NCBI GenBank assembly: GCA_051294905.1
Contig: CM119372.1
Coordinates: 5,892,001-5,952,000, forward strand
Direction of reading: 5' to 3'
Length of the DNA: 60,000 bases
Source of the DNA: Botryllus schlosseri
Taxonomy: Eukaryota
The first letter of the stretch is position 1, and every line of letters starts with the position of its first letter. Positions 13,686-25,974 of the stretch are shown here, one piece after another. A program made the position numbers and the translations under genes. Below the pieces are notes generated by a model. The model did not search any database and was not told the origin of the DNA. It worked only from the letters and a program-made list of their open reading frames with translations.

Positions 13686-15902
13686 CAGTGGTCGCGAACC
13701 TTTTTAGTCCGAAGAGCCATATTGGCCTCATTTTCTCCATTTCACCTCTCAAAGAGCCATACATATCAATCAGCTGTTACGTCACAATTGAAAATTCCTG
13801 ACGTCATCGTAGCACTATAATGCGAACTCACTATACGTGGGATTCGTTGTGTGCGCCACATTGTCTCTGCAAAAACTCGAACTAATCATGCTGGCTGCCT
13901 TACTTGAGCATGCGAAACTTGACTTACAAGCACGTAGGTTCACCGTGATGATCCTTTGAAATGCGAGAACCCATCATCACATGCGTAGGTGGAGCCAAAC
14001 ATGGTCACTACATCAATCTATATATAAGGCAAGGGTGGGCAAACTTTTGAGCTCGCGGGCCGCATTCAATATCTGAATCCATTCGCGGGCCGCACTATAT
14101 AAAATTGGGATTATAAACCAAAACGCAATATTGGTATTTGGTTATATAGTGAGGACATGAAGATAAAATATATGCTTTTTTAAAGCAATCAAACCATCGC
14201 TTTGATTATATCGAACACTCATCAGAAACTGTGGCGAGATTTCATAGGCTGGTCGACCTCAATAACCAATTTGTCAAAACGATAGAGATGAAAGTCGGTT
14301 GTCCCGATTCTTAGAACAGGATCGAAATTTTGAATCTGTGAGCAGCGATCTGTTCATAGATTTTCTAATTCCACTTTGGGTTCAGTTCCAGGTCCCACAA
14401 TACTGAAGGCAGCATAACCATGTTATTAGTTTCAAACACGCTTCTACTATATGTAGATAAAATATAAATACCCTAAACTAATTATACGCATATAGAGAAC
14501 GAATCTATCTAAGACAAGCGCGAATCGTTTTTAATAAGCACATCATTGACATAATTAAAACTGGAGTTGTCAATCTGAAATCACGCTAGTGATCCGAATT
14601 ATGTCCATCTCGTTTAGGATTTCTGTGATATTTGGCAGTTGAAACCTTTCAAACTGCGTGGGCCTTGAGATCGGGCTGGCGCGCCAGAAATTAAATATAA
14701 AAAATAACATATGAAGAATTTATATTCTCAAACTTTTTAAGACACGCCACCCCCCTTATGATGATGAAAGATTTCGCGCGCCCCTCATCGTCATATCACA
14801 AAACGCAACCCGGATGCTACCAAACCTAATGGAGAGTTTGATGGCATGGAAAGTTACGACTGTGGATGATAGATTTTTAAATATTACATTCAGGCGAAAT
14901 ACAGAGCAATCAGTATGAAGGGGATATAAATCGCGCCAGGCCCGAAATTTTTTTCAATTGCGCTCAACTTCGCGCCCCCTTCAGATGCTTTCACGTCCCC
15001 AAGAGGGTGCGCTCCTCAGTTTAAAAACCACTGCCTTAGAATTATCATGGTGAAATATACTAAGAAAAGGTTTAAACAAGACCCTGCGGTAATTCGATTT
15101 TTAGTGCGCATTTTATCAATATTTTTAATACGTTTCTTTAGACTCAGAACGGTGTGGAGGGCCGCATGCGGCCCGCTGGCCGTAGTTCGCACGCCCCTGA
15201 TATAAGGCTACCCACTCTAAGCTGTCAACGAAAATTTTGAAACCTTCAATTATTATTGGTATTTTCTATTGATGTTCATGGAAGAATCGATTTTGAACAT
15301 TTTTCTCCCAAATTCACACAATTTGCATTTTATTGTTCGAAAATAAAGCGTGAAACGAGAGGTAATGCACTGACGGGCCAAATCTAACCATTGATAACGC
15401 AATTCATCCTAAAGAGCTTAGAATTTGTTCTAACTGGTAGTAATCCGATGTAACTGTCGCACTGATTACGAAAACCTAAAGACTGATCTACGCAGTTCAT
15501 TTCGCGCCGTAGATCAGGAAGAAAAGGGTATTTGAAAACTGCGTTGTCAATTGGTGTCGCCATGTCTGCTATTCTCTTTGATCAATCGCGCAATCCAAGA
15601 TTTCGAGTCGGGTATGCTATATCGAATTCGGGAGTGATATTAGTCGCCGGCGCGACAGTAACTTAAATTTGAGGATTTTGAAAAGAGTTCGAGCCCCTAA
15701 ACCTGAAGACGGCATTGACTTCACCTCTAAAAGCCATGTTTATACTGCCACGGTAATAATTATTCTGGTCTTGATGAAAATTTATTAACAAGTCGCTGTA
15801 ATATTGATCAATTCAGGACAAAAATATATATTTGGCAAAGAGCCATATCTTATACCCAAAAGAGCCATATATGGCTCGCGAGCCATAGGTTCCCGACCAC
15901 TG
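13686..15902. mobile_element. Nested hAT (Charlie-like) element
   Basis: cagtggtcgcgaacc/ggttcccgaccactg; perfect TSD gtatagtg. Confidence 0.85.
14030..15199. mobile_element. Nested hAT element with a short transposase remnant (~14225-14356, minus strand)
   Basis: caagggtgggcaaac/gttcgcacgcccctg; perfect TSD atataagg. Confidence 0.85.
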
Positions 15903-15954
15903 GTATAGTGTGTAGTGAGAAATTTTGTACATATCTGCATTAGTTGCTGAACCA

Positions 15955-16553
15955 TACTCGGTGAAATCAACCGGAGTACTTTGTCTGACGTATACACTTT
16001 TGCAAAATTTTGACAGAGGCAAAATCGAATACTTGATCGACCAGCAGAGTAGGTGCATTTCGGGCTTCTTTTCAGATTTCCCGTCACTTTTTTTGCTATC
16101 ACAGTTTCCTATATGTGTTCTGATCACAAGCCAGTTTGGTATTTCATCCTACCTACTTGGTGAGAACAACCAGAGTACTTTGTCTGACGTACACTTTTGC
16201 AAAATTTTGACAGGGGCAAAATCGCATACTTGATCGACCAGCAGAGCAGGATCATTTCGGGCTTCTCTTCAGATTTGCCGCCACTTTATTTTGCTATCAC
16301 AGTTTCCTATATGTGTGCTGATCACAAACCAGTTTGGCATTTAACCCTACCTACTTGGTGAAAACAACCAGAGTACTTTGTCTGACGTAAACCTTTGCGA
16401 AATTTTGACAGGGGCAAAATCGCTTACTTGATCGACCAGCAGAGTCGGGTCATTTCGGGATTCTTTTCAGATTTCCGTCACTTTATTTTGCTATCACAGT
16501 CTCCTATATGTGTTCTGATCACAAACCAGTTTGGTATTTAACCCTACCTACTT
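15955..16553. repeat. Tandem repeat, ~198-199 bp x3
   Basis: gagtactttgtctgacgta at 15974, 16173 and 16371. Confidence 0.9.
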
Positions 16554-17269
16554 CTATTGTTTTTATCCAGATTTGAAGTATACAGGGTGGGATATAGGCC
16601 TGTATAATGTTTAAATGATTCATACATATTAGAATATCCGTGGGTAGTCTATGTTATAAAATCGTATAACATATGATAAAAGGAAGGATATTTCGAAATG
16701 AATACTACCGTGTTAATTGGGGTTACCATCATACGTCCTCTTTTAAGAGGAGTTGTCCTCTTTTTTGACTTGTTTGAATATGTCCTCGGAGGACGCCCAA
16801 ACGTCCTCTTTTTTTGAGAATTTGTCCTCTATTTAAAAATTTTGGTCAAATGTATTTTAAAATTCAACTGAGATATAGGAAATCAGTACTCGAGTAACGT
16901 TCCGGCGGGTATTTAGGGAATTGAGCCAGAAAGTTAAATTGGAGTTTTTCGTTGATAGTTCTCGGATTATCCTTGATCGTTGATAATCCGAGGAATATCA
17001 ACGAAAAACTCAAATAACTCCGCTTCTACTAGTTGGAATTGACTCAAATTTGTTTTGCATCGTCTTTGAAGACAGCTCAACAATTTCGTGCGGTCGACAG
17101 AAAAATTTGAAAATTTTTTTTTCAATTTTTCATTATAAATTAAAATTTTTCATTGGATCTGCGGAGCCTTACACTTGATAGAATTGAACCAAATTTGGTG
17201 CGCAGCGTTTTTCAGGGTAACCTGACAATTTAATGCCTGAATGACTGGAATCCAGAAGAAAAAGTTATT

Positions 17270-17947
17270 TTTGAACAGCCCTATGAGCAGCAGCTATGAA
17301 GGTTGCAAACGTGTTTAGTCCAACTTATCGTTGTGAATCAGTCTTTTCGGATATGAAATGCATCAAAAACAAACACAGAACACGCGTCAATAATGCACAT
17401 CTGGAACACTCACTCAGAGTTGCAGTGTCATGTTACATACCAGAGTACAGTACACTAGTTGATAGCATGCGATGCCAGGCTTCCCACTGACTGTGATATA
17501 CAATTGAATAGTATATTCATATTGAAATGAGCTCGAATATTTTCGGCTGACACTCGTCAGGGGTAATCGTCAGCAACTAGTAGAGAATTGGAAAGAACAT
17601 ATAATGTGATAGAGAAACAGATAACATGATGTCCACTGTCCAGTCTAAAATGTGACATGATTTCATTTAAAATTTGAGTTGCCTGTTGTTGTATAATTTA
17701 TACAAATATGGTGCGAAGTAATTCATGAGTTCTTAAAAATCTTAATGGCTTGCTAGTTTGAATGAGATGTTTTGATTTAAAAGACTCTCTTACAAATCTT
17801 ACCGCAATGTGATTCCTGCCCAGTGCTATGAATATCAAAGCGGAAACTCAGTCAGGTACGGGTAAACGGCGGGATTAAATAGTAGCCCGTCGCTTCAATC
17901 AGTACCCAAGAAGTAGCTCTTGGTTGCAAAAAGGTTGGTGACGCCTG
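17270..17947 (+). mobile_element. hAT 3' half with transposase dimerisation-domain remnant (same family as 5847-7087, inverted)
   Basis: VFSPTYRCESVFSDMKCIKNKHRTRV..HLEHSLRVAVS..CQASH* (17296-17490); terminal gtagctcttggttgcaaaaaggttggtgacgcctg. Confidence 0.85.
17497..17598 (-). mobile_element. Penelope-like terminal repeat fragment with hammerhead core
   Basis: Matches 58530-58631; minus strand ACCC-CTGACGA-GTGTCAGCC-GAAA-ATAT-TC. Confidence 0.75.
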
Positions 17948-18286
17948 AATTAGAGTATTCCAACTCCAGAGCATGGTGATCGGGAACAAAACTCACTTCT
18001 GCACAGACAAATAGCCCCATGGGTACGAGAAATGGCTATATTTACTACACCCGCACAACTACAAAACTTCCACTCTACAACTTGAATAGAGTTGACGGTT
18101 GACGGTTCGAATTAATCGCATATGCATTTGTTCCAATTCCCATTTGAAAATCAACGTCGCATTACCTTGCTTATCCAATATTCACGGATCAATTTGATGA
18201 ATATGTCACATACCTTACAATACGATGTCTTGTGTTACATCCGTCAATATGTTGAAGTCAACAGTTGGGTTTTATTTTCACATCAG

Positions 18287-18532
18287 CTGTCAACTGCACC
18301 ACAAATCCGACACTTCCTAATCGATACCAGGAGGGAAATTGTACTGTGGTCTCTTTCGGAAACACACGGGACATATCTTGTGTTTATGGTTACTATGTGA
18401 ATGGCACCGGAAATGCAATTTGGGACGATATAGGGTCAGCAGACGACATTGGGTCAGCAGACGATATTGGGTCAGCAGACAATCCTAATAAACTGCCAGG
18501 ATCATGGAATACTACAGGAACCACCTGTACCG
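18287..18532 (+). CDS. Sushi-like module 1 (degenerate: Cys3->R, Cys5->W, DDIGSA x3 expansion)
   Basis: catcag|CT GTC AAC TGC ... TGT ACC G|gt; 246 bp, open frame, phase 1-1. Confidence 0.7.
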
Positions 18533-18604
18533 GTATTAAATCACATTTTACATTATATATATCTAATATTCCCAGGGTATATAATGATACTTTCCTTTCA
18601 TCAG

Positions 18605-18811
18605 CTGTAAAATGCAACACCGATCCTATGATTCCGAACGGGGACCTTAATTCTAGCTGTAGTGTCGGTTCTTTTGGGGATGCGTGCAACATAACGTGTG
18701 CAGATGGATACTATGTAGATGGTAAAGGGTCAGCAATTTGCGATGATGATAGTCCGACGGATGATACGAATGAGGAGGGATCATGGAATACATCGGAGAC
18801 ATCGTGTACAG
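18605..18811 (+). CDS. Six-Cys sushi/CCP module 2
   Basis: 207 bp AG/GT exon: AVKCNTDPMIPNGDLNSSCSVGSFGDACNITCADGYYVDGKGSAICDDDSPTDDTNEEGSWNTSETSCT. Confidence 0.85.
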
Positions 18812-18866
18812 GTACAACTTATATTATAATTGCAGTTCAGCTTTCATGAAATATTTTATTCAACAG

Positions 18867-19073
18867 CTGTAAAATGCAACTCCAATCCAACAATTTCGAA
18901 TGGGGCCCTTGATAGCAGCTGTAATATCGGTACTTTCGGTGATACATGCAACATAACGTGCGTACATGGTTACTATGTGGATGGTACAGGGTCAGCGATT
19001 TGCCATGATAATAGTCCGACGGATGATACTAACGAAGAAGGATCATGGAATACAACTGGAACGTCATGTACAG
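18867..19073 (+). CDS. Six-Cys sushi/CCP module 3
   Basis: 207 bp phase 1-1 exon, open, 55-bp upstream intron. Confidence 0.85.
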
Positions 19074-19130
19074 GTATAAATTCCATCAAATAAATATATT
19101 TACAACTTACATGAATTGTCTTGTCGTCAG

Positions 19131-19337
19131 CTGTAAAATGCAACACCGAACCAACGATTCCGAACGGGGCCCTTAATAGTAGCTGTGCTATCGGCTCTTT
19201 CGGGGATACATGCTACATAACGTGTACGTATGGATACTATGTAGATGGTAAAGGGTCGGCAATTTGCGAAGATGATAATTCGACAGATTATACGAATGGA
19301 AAGGGATCATGGAATACATCAGGGACATCGTGTACCG
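19131..19337 (+). CDS. Six-Cys sushi/CCP module 4
   Basis: 207 bp phase 1-1 exon, open, 57-bp upstream intron. Confidence 0.85.
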
Positions 19338-19396
19338 GTACAACTTCTATTCAATAATTATAATCATAACTTACATGGAAGATTTTTTTTCATCAG

Positions 19397-19603
19397 CCGT
19401 AAAATGCAGCAGCAATCCAACAATTTCTAATGGGGCAATTGATAGTAGCTGTTATCTCGGTACTTTTGGAAACATATGTAACATTTCGTGTGAACATGGT
19501 TACTATGTAGATGGTATAGGGTCCGCAATTTGCGATGATGACAATCCGGCAGATGATACTAATGAAGAGGGATCTTGGAATATATCAGAAACGTCGTGTA
19601 CAG
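19397..19603 (+). CDS. Six-Cys sushi/CCP module 5
   Basis: 207 bp phase 1-1 exon, open, 59-bp upstream intron. Confidence 0.85.
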
Positions 19604-20160
19604 GTGTAACATCTATCCAATATATTGATAGTTACAGCTAGCTTACATGTAGGCTTGTCATACGTGCTCCTTCAGGAGGATTTGAATGGTTCTCCTTAGA
19701 CCAGGGGTGTCAAACATGTGCGTCGCGAGCCGCAGTCGCCTTTCAGATGATTTCATCCGGCCCGCGAAACCACTCTGAATAAATTGAGAAAAGTTGAGTG
19801 TTTTAGTAGGAAATACTTCCATTGAATAATCATGCACGATAGCTAGGGTGGGATTAAAACAAAAAGTGTAAACATGTTTTTTATTGTGCTTTTTTTCTAA
19901 GCCATGACGTCACGCATATTCAGTTGTGATTCCATACTGGATGGATATTCACAATTGAGGATAGAGGGTAAGTATATAGCTTCTTTGACGAAATAGGCTT
20001 CCAACTCCTGTCATATACGGACCAAAAATATCTTTAACCAGGACTAAATCATCTTGCAGCATCTATACGGTCGGCGGTCATCATCATCATCATAACATTC
20101 ATTCCGTACCAATGATATACGTACTACAGCTGTTGAACCGACTATTTCGGGGGTTACTAC

Positions 20161-23100
20161 CAGGGCTGTGGAGTCGGGGTCGGAGTTTGGCTCATTTTCG
20201 CTTGATGGAGTCGGAGTCGTGAAAACTGTGGTCGCTGGAGTCGGAGTCGGAGGGGTGGAAAAAATACTGACTGGAGTCGGAGTTTGTGAAAATGACCCTG
20301 ACTTCGACTCCGACTCCGACTTCTTTATCATGAGAGGTATCTTTACGTTACTAATATTAACTAAAATAGGATTTTTATGTGCCATCAATCACAGTTCTTA
20401 GTAACGATACAGATCAGGTGAGGCCACACCGTGCCACGCAAGCCAAATGTGGCCCGCTAGAAGTTTGTGTGGCCTGCGAGGTAATTCTCGAAATTAATAT
20501 AACATCAGGTAATATTACGAGGCCAACCAAAATTTGATTAGCCTGACCGCGAAATTTGATGATGACTAAATCATCAGTTTCGACGCATTGGCGTAACCTG
20601 GGGCCAGCCACATTCATCGCAGATCTTCGTGTATGACCATTGACCAATGACCATGAGTGGAATATTGCGTAGCAGATTTATTTGACTTGAAATTTTTCTT
20701 AGCACTTCGCATGATTTATTGTCACATTTCTTGCCTTTAGTATTGGAACCCCTCCTGGAAATTATAAATACGCGTAATTTACAGAATTGAGTCCAACTAA
20801 CTCGCTATTAGGAGATAACGTGTCGTACAACATGCGACTTCGCTTGAGCGCTCGAAGCGAGATCGTTGGCGATGAAACATTGGCGTAAAATGACTGAGGC
20901 ATGTTCACTGAAACCGTCTATATTGCTATGTCTAAAACCCTAAATCAGGGATCGCCAACTCAAAATGGGTCGCGGGCCACTTTTCAAAATTCCTGGAGGC
21001 CGCGGGCCGCAAGACTTCAATATCGAGATTAAAATAGGCAACGCAGTTTAACAACCACGTTTCATAACTCTACGTTAGTACAGTTAGTACAATTGTGTAC
21101 TCTCTAAAATGGGCGACGGGCATAGTCACCACAAAAGAATTAATATTTTATTGTACACACACAAATACAGCAAAAAATATCAGGATCATCAATTTCATAC
21201 TATTTTGAACTATGAGCTGCGCACGATGCCTGACAACACTCTGTAGCAACTATAACAGGGGTGACCAACCTTTTTGCTATTCACGGCCGCATTTCGATTA
21301 CTCATGTAGCTTGCGGCCGCATAATGAACTAAATGGGGCCAAATACCCATGACGTTAAACTGTTCATGTCCATTGTCGGTATACTCCGGACTAATCTATT
21401 TACTTATATCGTTGTACTATGCGCACCGAAATCGTGAGTAGTCATGTTATGAAGAGCCACAGGGATTAGTTCTGTAGTCGCGCCAAGCGCGAAAATTTTT
21501 TCACTTTCATTAGAGAATTTTGTCAATAAATATTAGCATAGTTTGACATATTACAATCAATTATTTATCCTTTCTCGGCCACTGTGATCAGATTCACCGG
21601 TAGGGTTGATGCAGGGGGTGTATTCGAAAACTTAGGGAAGTTATTAATGCGGTGCTGCATCTTTGTGCGCCATTTCTTATTACTCCCCTTTGTTGGATGC
21701 AATTATTTCTTGACCTCCCATCAGATTTGTCGGTATAGTGGAGATATAGCATATTTGATTCGCCCAAATGCAGGCCTACCAGAAACAAATTTCTTTCATG
21801 ATGAGGAGAACACGATTAAAAATTGTATTTCTTTATGGGGCGCATGCATCATTTTCCTCTGCTGTTTGCATCTGTACTGTAGGACTCAGATTACAAAGAA
21901 CACTACCATATTAAAATCGAAAATTAACACGTATTGATCCGCGCCTAGCGCGAAGAAAATTTCAAGAATAAGTCAAACCTCTGATTAAGTAGGGAGTCAA
22001 TTCGCAAGTTCAATTTGCATATTGACGGCCGCCAACAATCCTAATTGAATTAAGTGTCGACGGCCGCATACTTTTCCTTCTACTGCCGCAGATTGGCCAC
22101 CCCTGGATTAAATAATCGATATTGGGGTTAGCTAGACACGGTAGCCTACTAGCTGGAAAATTATCTCCTCGTAAAGCATGCATGGTCTTTTTGAGAGCCC
22201 GAAATCGTTTTTCAAGCGCATCAGTCTCGGCAATGGTGGGCCATTGCACATCAAGGCAATATGCCCATTCATATCCGAAAATTCTTCCTCCTTGGAATGA
22301 TATTACCATACGAAGCCGTATTAGATAGTGAGGAATAGTAATATCGGGCATAGTAGATTGGCTTACTTTGAACACCAACAACAATATGTTTAAACTGAAA
22401 TCAATTTCAGCATTTCAAAATGCTTTAGTAAGCGTTATTCTGAAATTTCTCCAAATCAGGTCGCGGGCCGCGTGTTGGTGACCCCTGCCCTAAATAATCC
22501 TGCCCTTGCCAAATGAGCCCATTGCTATACAGAGGCGACCCCTAATTTATGTAAGCAATATATTTATTGATCGAATTCATTCACTACCCTGAAAAATATT
22601 TCGTGATTCGCGCGACCAGCGCATGACTGTACACTGTACAGTCGCACTGGGAATTTTCATGACATAATTGTTATTAAATTTAAAGCGTAGTCATAAGTCT
22701 TGTTTTCAATGTTACCTAATTCGGCGATGCAGTCACAAATTGATGCAATTTTTGGAATTATACCATGATATTGTGACAGAGCAAATATATCGTCTGGCTG
22801 TAAAATTGATGTAAATATAACCAAACTCTCCTTCCCACTTGACGAAAGTAAAAATATTTGTAGTGTGACTTAGCTGCTTGGGTCGAACAAATGATTAAGA
22901 AAGACTGCAAGACCTAGTCCCTGATTACTTGACTATAAGTGCACGTAGACTAGATATATGCTATTCGACCACTTCCTAAATTTCGTTTATGACCAATGTC
23001 TAATTCTAATAGTATTGAGTGTGTGGTGTGCTTGTAAACAGTACAGTGTGTAATGAGAAAATTAGTACGATGTATCTTTGTAATACTTGCTGACTCATAC

Positions 23101-23563
23101 ATAAGAGCAACATTTCGATTGTTTTATGTATATCTTAATTATACAGGATGGCTATATGTCGTGTTCGAATGAGACATACATATTAGGTTGTAAGAGAGCA
23201 TATGTTATAAAAACTGATAAAATATGAAAAAGGAAGGATATTTAGAAAGGCAATATTTCATGCATGTTCAAGCTGTGCCACAATGAAACAATTTTGCATG
23301 CCATCGTTACTCATATGTTTGCATATGTTTAATGGTTATATGATAGCCATTTACCGGTCACTGTGGCATATAATTTTCAAAGTATATTGGTAATACTATT
23401 GGAGTCGGGGTTGGAGTCTGAGTCAGAGTCGGTAGGTATAGAGACTCAGGAGTCGGAGTCGATACATTTAAAGACTCAGGAGTCGGAGTCGGTCCATTGA
23501 AAATGTGTGGAGTCGGAGTCGGAGTTGGAGTCGGTAGTAAAATTTACCGACTCCACAGCCCTG
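20161..23563. mobile_element. hAT-type element with GGAGTC subterminal repeats
   Basis: TIR cagggctgtggagtcgg; perfect TSD gttactac. Confidence 0.9.
20946..22487. mobile_element. Nested hAT element (contains another at 21256-22105)
   Basis: cagggatcgccaac/gttggtgacccctg; perfect TSD ccctaaat. Confidence 0.85.
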
Positions 23564-25167
23564 GTTACTACCATTGCATATCGTATACGTCGGCTATATC
23601 GCGCTGTAATCGTTGACCGTAGACTCATACGACATGTTTTTCGAAAGTATTTACACAATGGTATAATTATACAATTAAAAAAATTGTTTTTTAAAAGCCC
23701 TTGTTCAAGACACTGTTTAAAACATGTTTTAAACAACGTGTTCTAAGCAACCATTTGTTTTAAATGCAACCCTAATGACAGCAAATGTAATAGTATATTC
23801 ACATAAGACACAAAAACCATCTGGCAGCAGTGTTGCGGCTTCGCTCCAGTCACCATTCGAAACAAGTTGAGAAGACAACAACTTGCGCACAAAGTTCACA
23901 GTTTTATTGGAAATTGAACCATAAAGTAGTTATTCAGAGATTCGAAGACGCCAATACCAAACCGTTACATGCAGGTGTAGCCTACAATGTACATAGGGAA
24001 TATAATAGTAACACAAAAAAGATTCAAGTACAGTCGATTCCACTTCAGTTCCGCTGGCTTTATTCGATTTCAGCGGATAAACAGCTTTAACCGAAATATG
24101 TGGAAAATCAATTTGTCGTTACATGGTTAGGCGTAAAGACAGACATGAGCATCGGAAATACGGTTATGTTACGTATTTATTGAAGAACAGCTGCGTTATG
24201 CTGCAGTAGCAATGACCACATAAAACGGGCAAGAGACAATTGTCCGAATTAACCGGAGCGCTTTACGTACATTTTCTACTTTAGTGCCATTCCCGAGCTT
24301 TTTGACCGAATAAAGCGGTTGTCCGAATTAAGCAGAGTTTACTGATCGGTAGTCGCACTGCTGTATCACGTTTGGCTCAAAAAGCCCCGCCTCCAGAAAA
24401 ACCGAAATCGCCATAGAACGAACCAAGTTAAAACGTCCTTGTCTTCAGTTAAATCTCGAGTATTCCACACATCGGATATACGCAGACGGCAAGCACCAGA
24501 TTACGACAAAACAAACGGAACATCGAAATATACCAACTTGTGTAGTCGTTAGAGCCGTTATTTTGGCGATTTATAACTGTATTCAACCGTCCTATCGTCG
24601 CATTTTGCCAATTCCGTTGTTTGCGAATGAAGGTATTGCTAGAATATAAAGAATCCCACATGATCCGTAAAATATTGTAATATAATGATGCAAATAGGCT
24701 TAACAATACAGTATCTAAATGATAAGCAAGGGCATGGATTTTGACTTAACATGTTGGAGTCATCTGATCGGTCTGGCCCGCGAGCGATCTGAAGGTTTGA
24801 TTCCGGCCCTCGACTTCAGTTGAGTTTGACACCCTGCCTCAGACGCTAAATAATGTCCAAATTCTTTCGCATTTCGAGTTATAGCTGCTCATACCGTCAT
24901 AAAGACTTTTAAACGACACTTATTTATTTACAAAAACTTGCTCCAGCCATGAAACATGCTAAATGGCCCTATCAGTTCTACCGTCTTGATTGATATGGCT
25001 TCATATGATATTGATATGATTTGTATCTATCAAGGAAAAGTAGAATATCATCGAACTCCACCGTAACAATTATGAATAATTCAATTGACTCGCCAACAAA
25101 AATGTCCTCTTATAGGGCGCTAAAAATATGGTAAGCCTATAACTTACATGAAATGCTTTTTCGTTGG

Positions 25168-25307
25168 CGGTAAAATGCAGCACCGAACCAACAATTAAGA
25201 ACGGTGCCCTTGATGGTAGCTGTATTGTCGGCTCTTTCGGAGATACATGCGACTTAACGTGTGCATATGGTTACTATGTGGATGGTACAGGGTCGGCAAT
25301 TTGCGAT
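25168..25307 (+). pseudogene. Sushi pseudo-exon (module 6)
   Basis: Acceptor mutated (tcgttGG where paralogs have gttAG); truncated just after Cys5, no donor. Confidence 0.8.
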
Positions 25308-25471
25308 GTGCTTTTTTAAAATTTTACTTCCATTTTAACAAGAAAATGTAGGGCATCACTAAACTGAAGCGTAAAACTTCTACATTCAGTTAACTCGCTA
25401 ACAGCAAATGTTTTCAATATGGGTGCTAAAAATATGGTCAGCCCACTTACAAGAAGTGTTTTTTTTGTTAG

Positions 25472-25678
25472 CGTTGAAATGCAGCGCCGAACCAACAATT
25501 CCAAACGGGGCCCTTGATGGTAGCTGTATTGTCGGCTCTTTCGGAGATACATGCGACTTAACGTGTGCATATGGTTACTATGTTGATGGTACAGGGTTAG
25601 CGATTTGCGACGATGATAGTCAGACTGATGATACTAACGACGAAGGATCATGGGATACAACTGGAACGTCATGCAGAG
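25472..25678 (+). CDS. Six-Cys sushi/CCP module 7
   Basis: 207 bp phase 1-1 exon, open. Confidence 0.8.
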
Positions 25679-25735
25679 GTATAACTTCCATCTAATAATT
25701 CTATTTACAGCTGACATGAATAGTCTTTTCGCCAG

Positions 25736-25942
25736 CTGTAAAATGCAACACCGAACCAACGATTCCGCAAGGGGCCCTTAATAGTAGCTGTGATGTCGGC
25801 TCTTTTGGGGATACATGCAGCATAACTTGTGTGTATGGATACTATGTAGAGGGTAAAGGGTCGGCAATTTGCGAAGATGATAGTTCGACGGATGATACCA
25901 ATGAAGAGGGATCATGGATTACATCAGAGACATCGGGTTCAG
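25736..25942 (+). CDS. Sushi module 8 (Cys6->Gly)
   Basis: 207 bp open exon with AG/GT; ends TSETSGS instead of TSCT. Confidence 0.65.
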
Positions 25943-25974
25943 GTACAATTTCTATTCAATAATTATAATTATAG

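Larger units (their letters stand above)
13016..16705. mobile_element. Truncated copy of the CAGGGCTGTGGAGTC element
   Basis: Left TIR and GGAGTC repeats; internal homology to 22730-23250; right TIR not found. Confidence 0.65.
19702..24836. mobile_element. hAT element hosting a nested TE stack
   Basis: caggggtgtcaaac/gtttgacaccctg; TSD ccttagac/cctcagac. Confidence 0.85.

Noticed and set aside
20044..20401. PT/ES-rich and GV-rich ORFs (also 23476-23746 and 47221-47412 EPEP)
   Set aside because: Translations of GGAGTC/GGAGCC subterminal TE repeats
25115..25134. Possible 15-nt microexon ag|GGCGCTAAAAATATG|gtaag before block-first modules (also ~31815)
   Set aside because: The downstream intron would be under 40 nt, the AG is absent in the other two homologs, and it would introduce a stop
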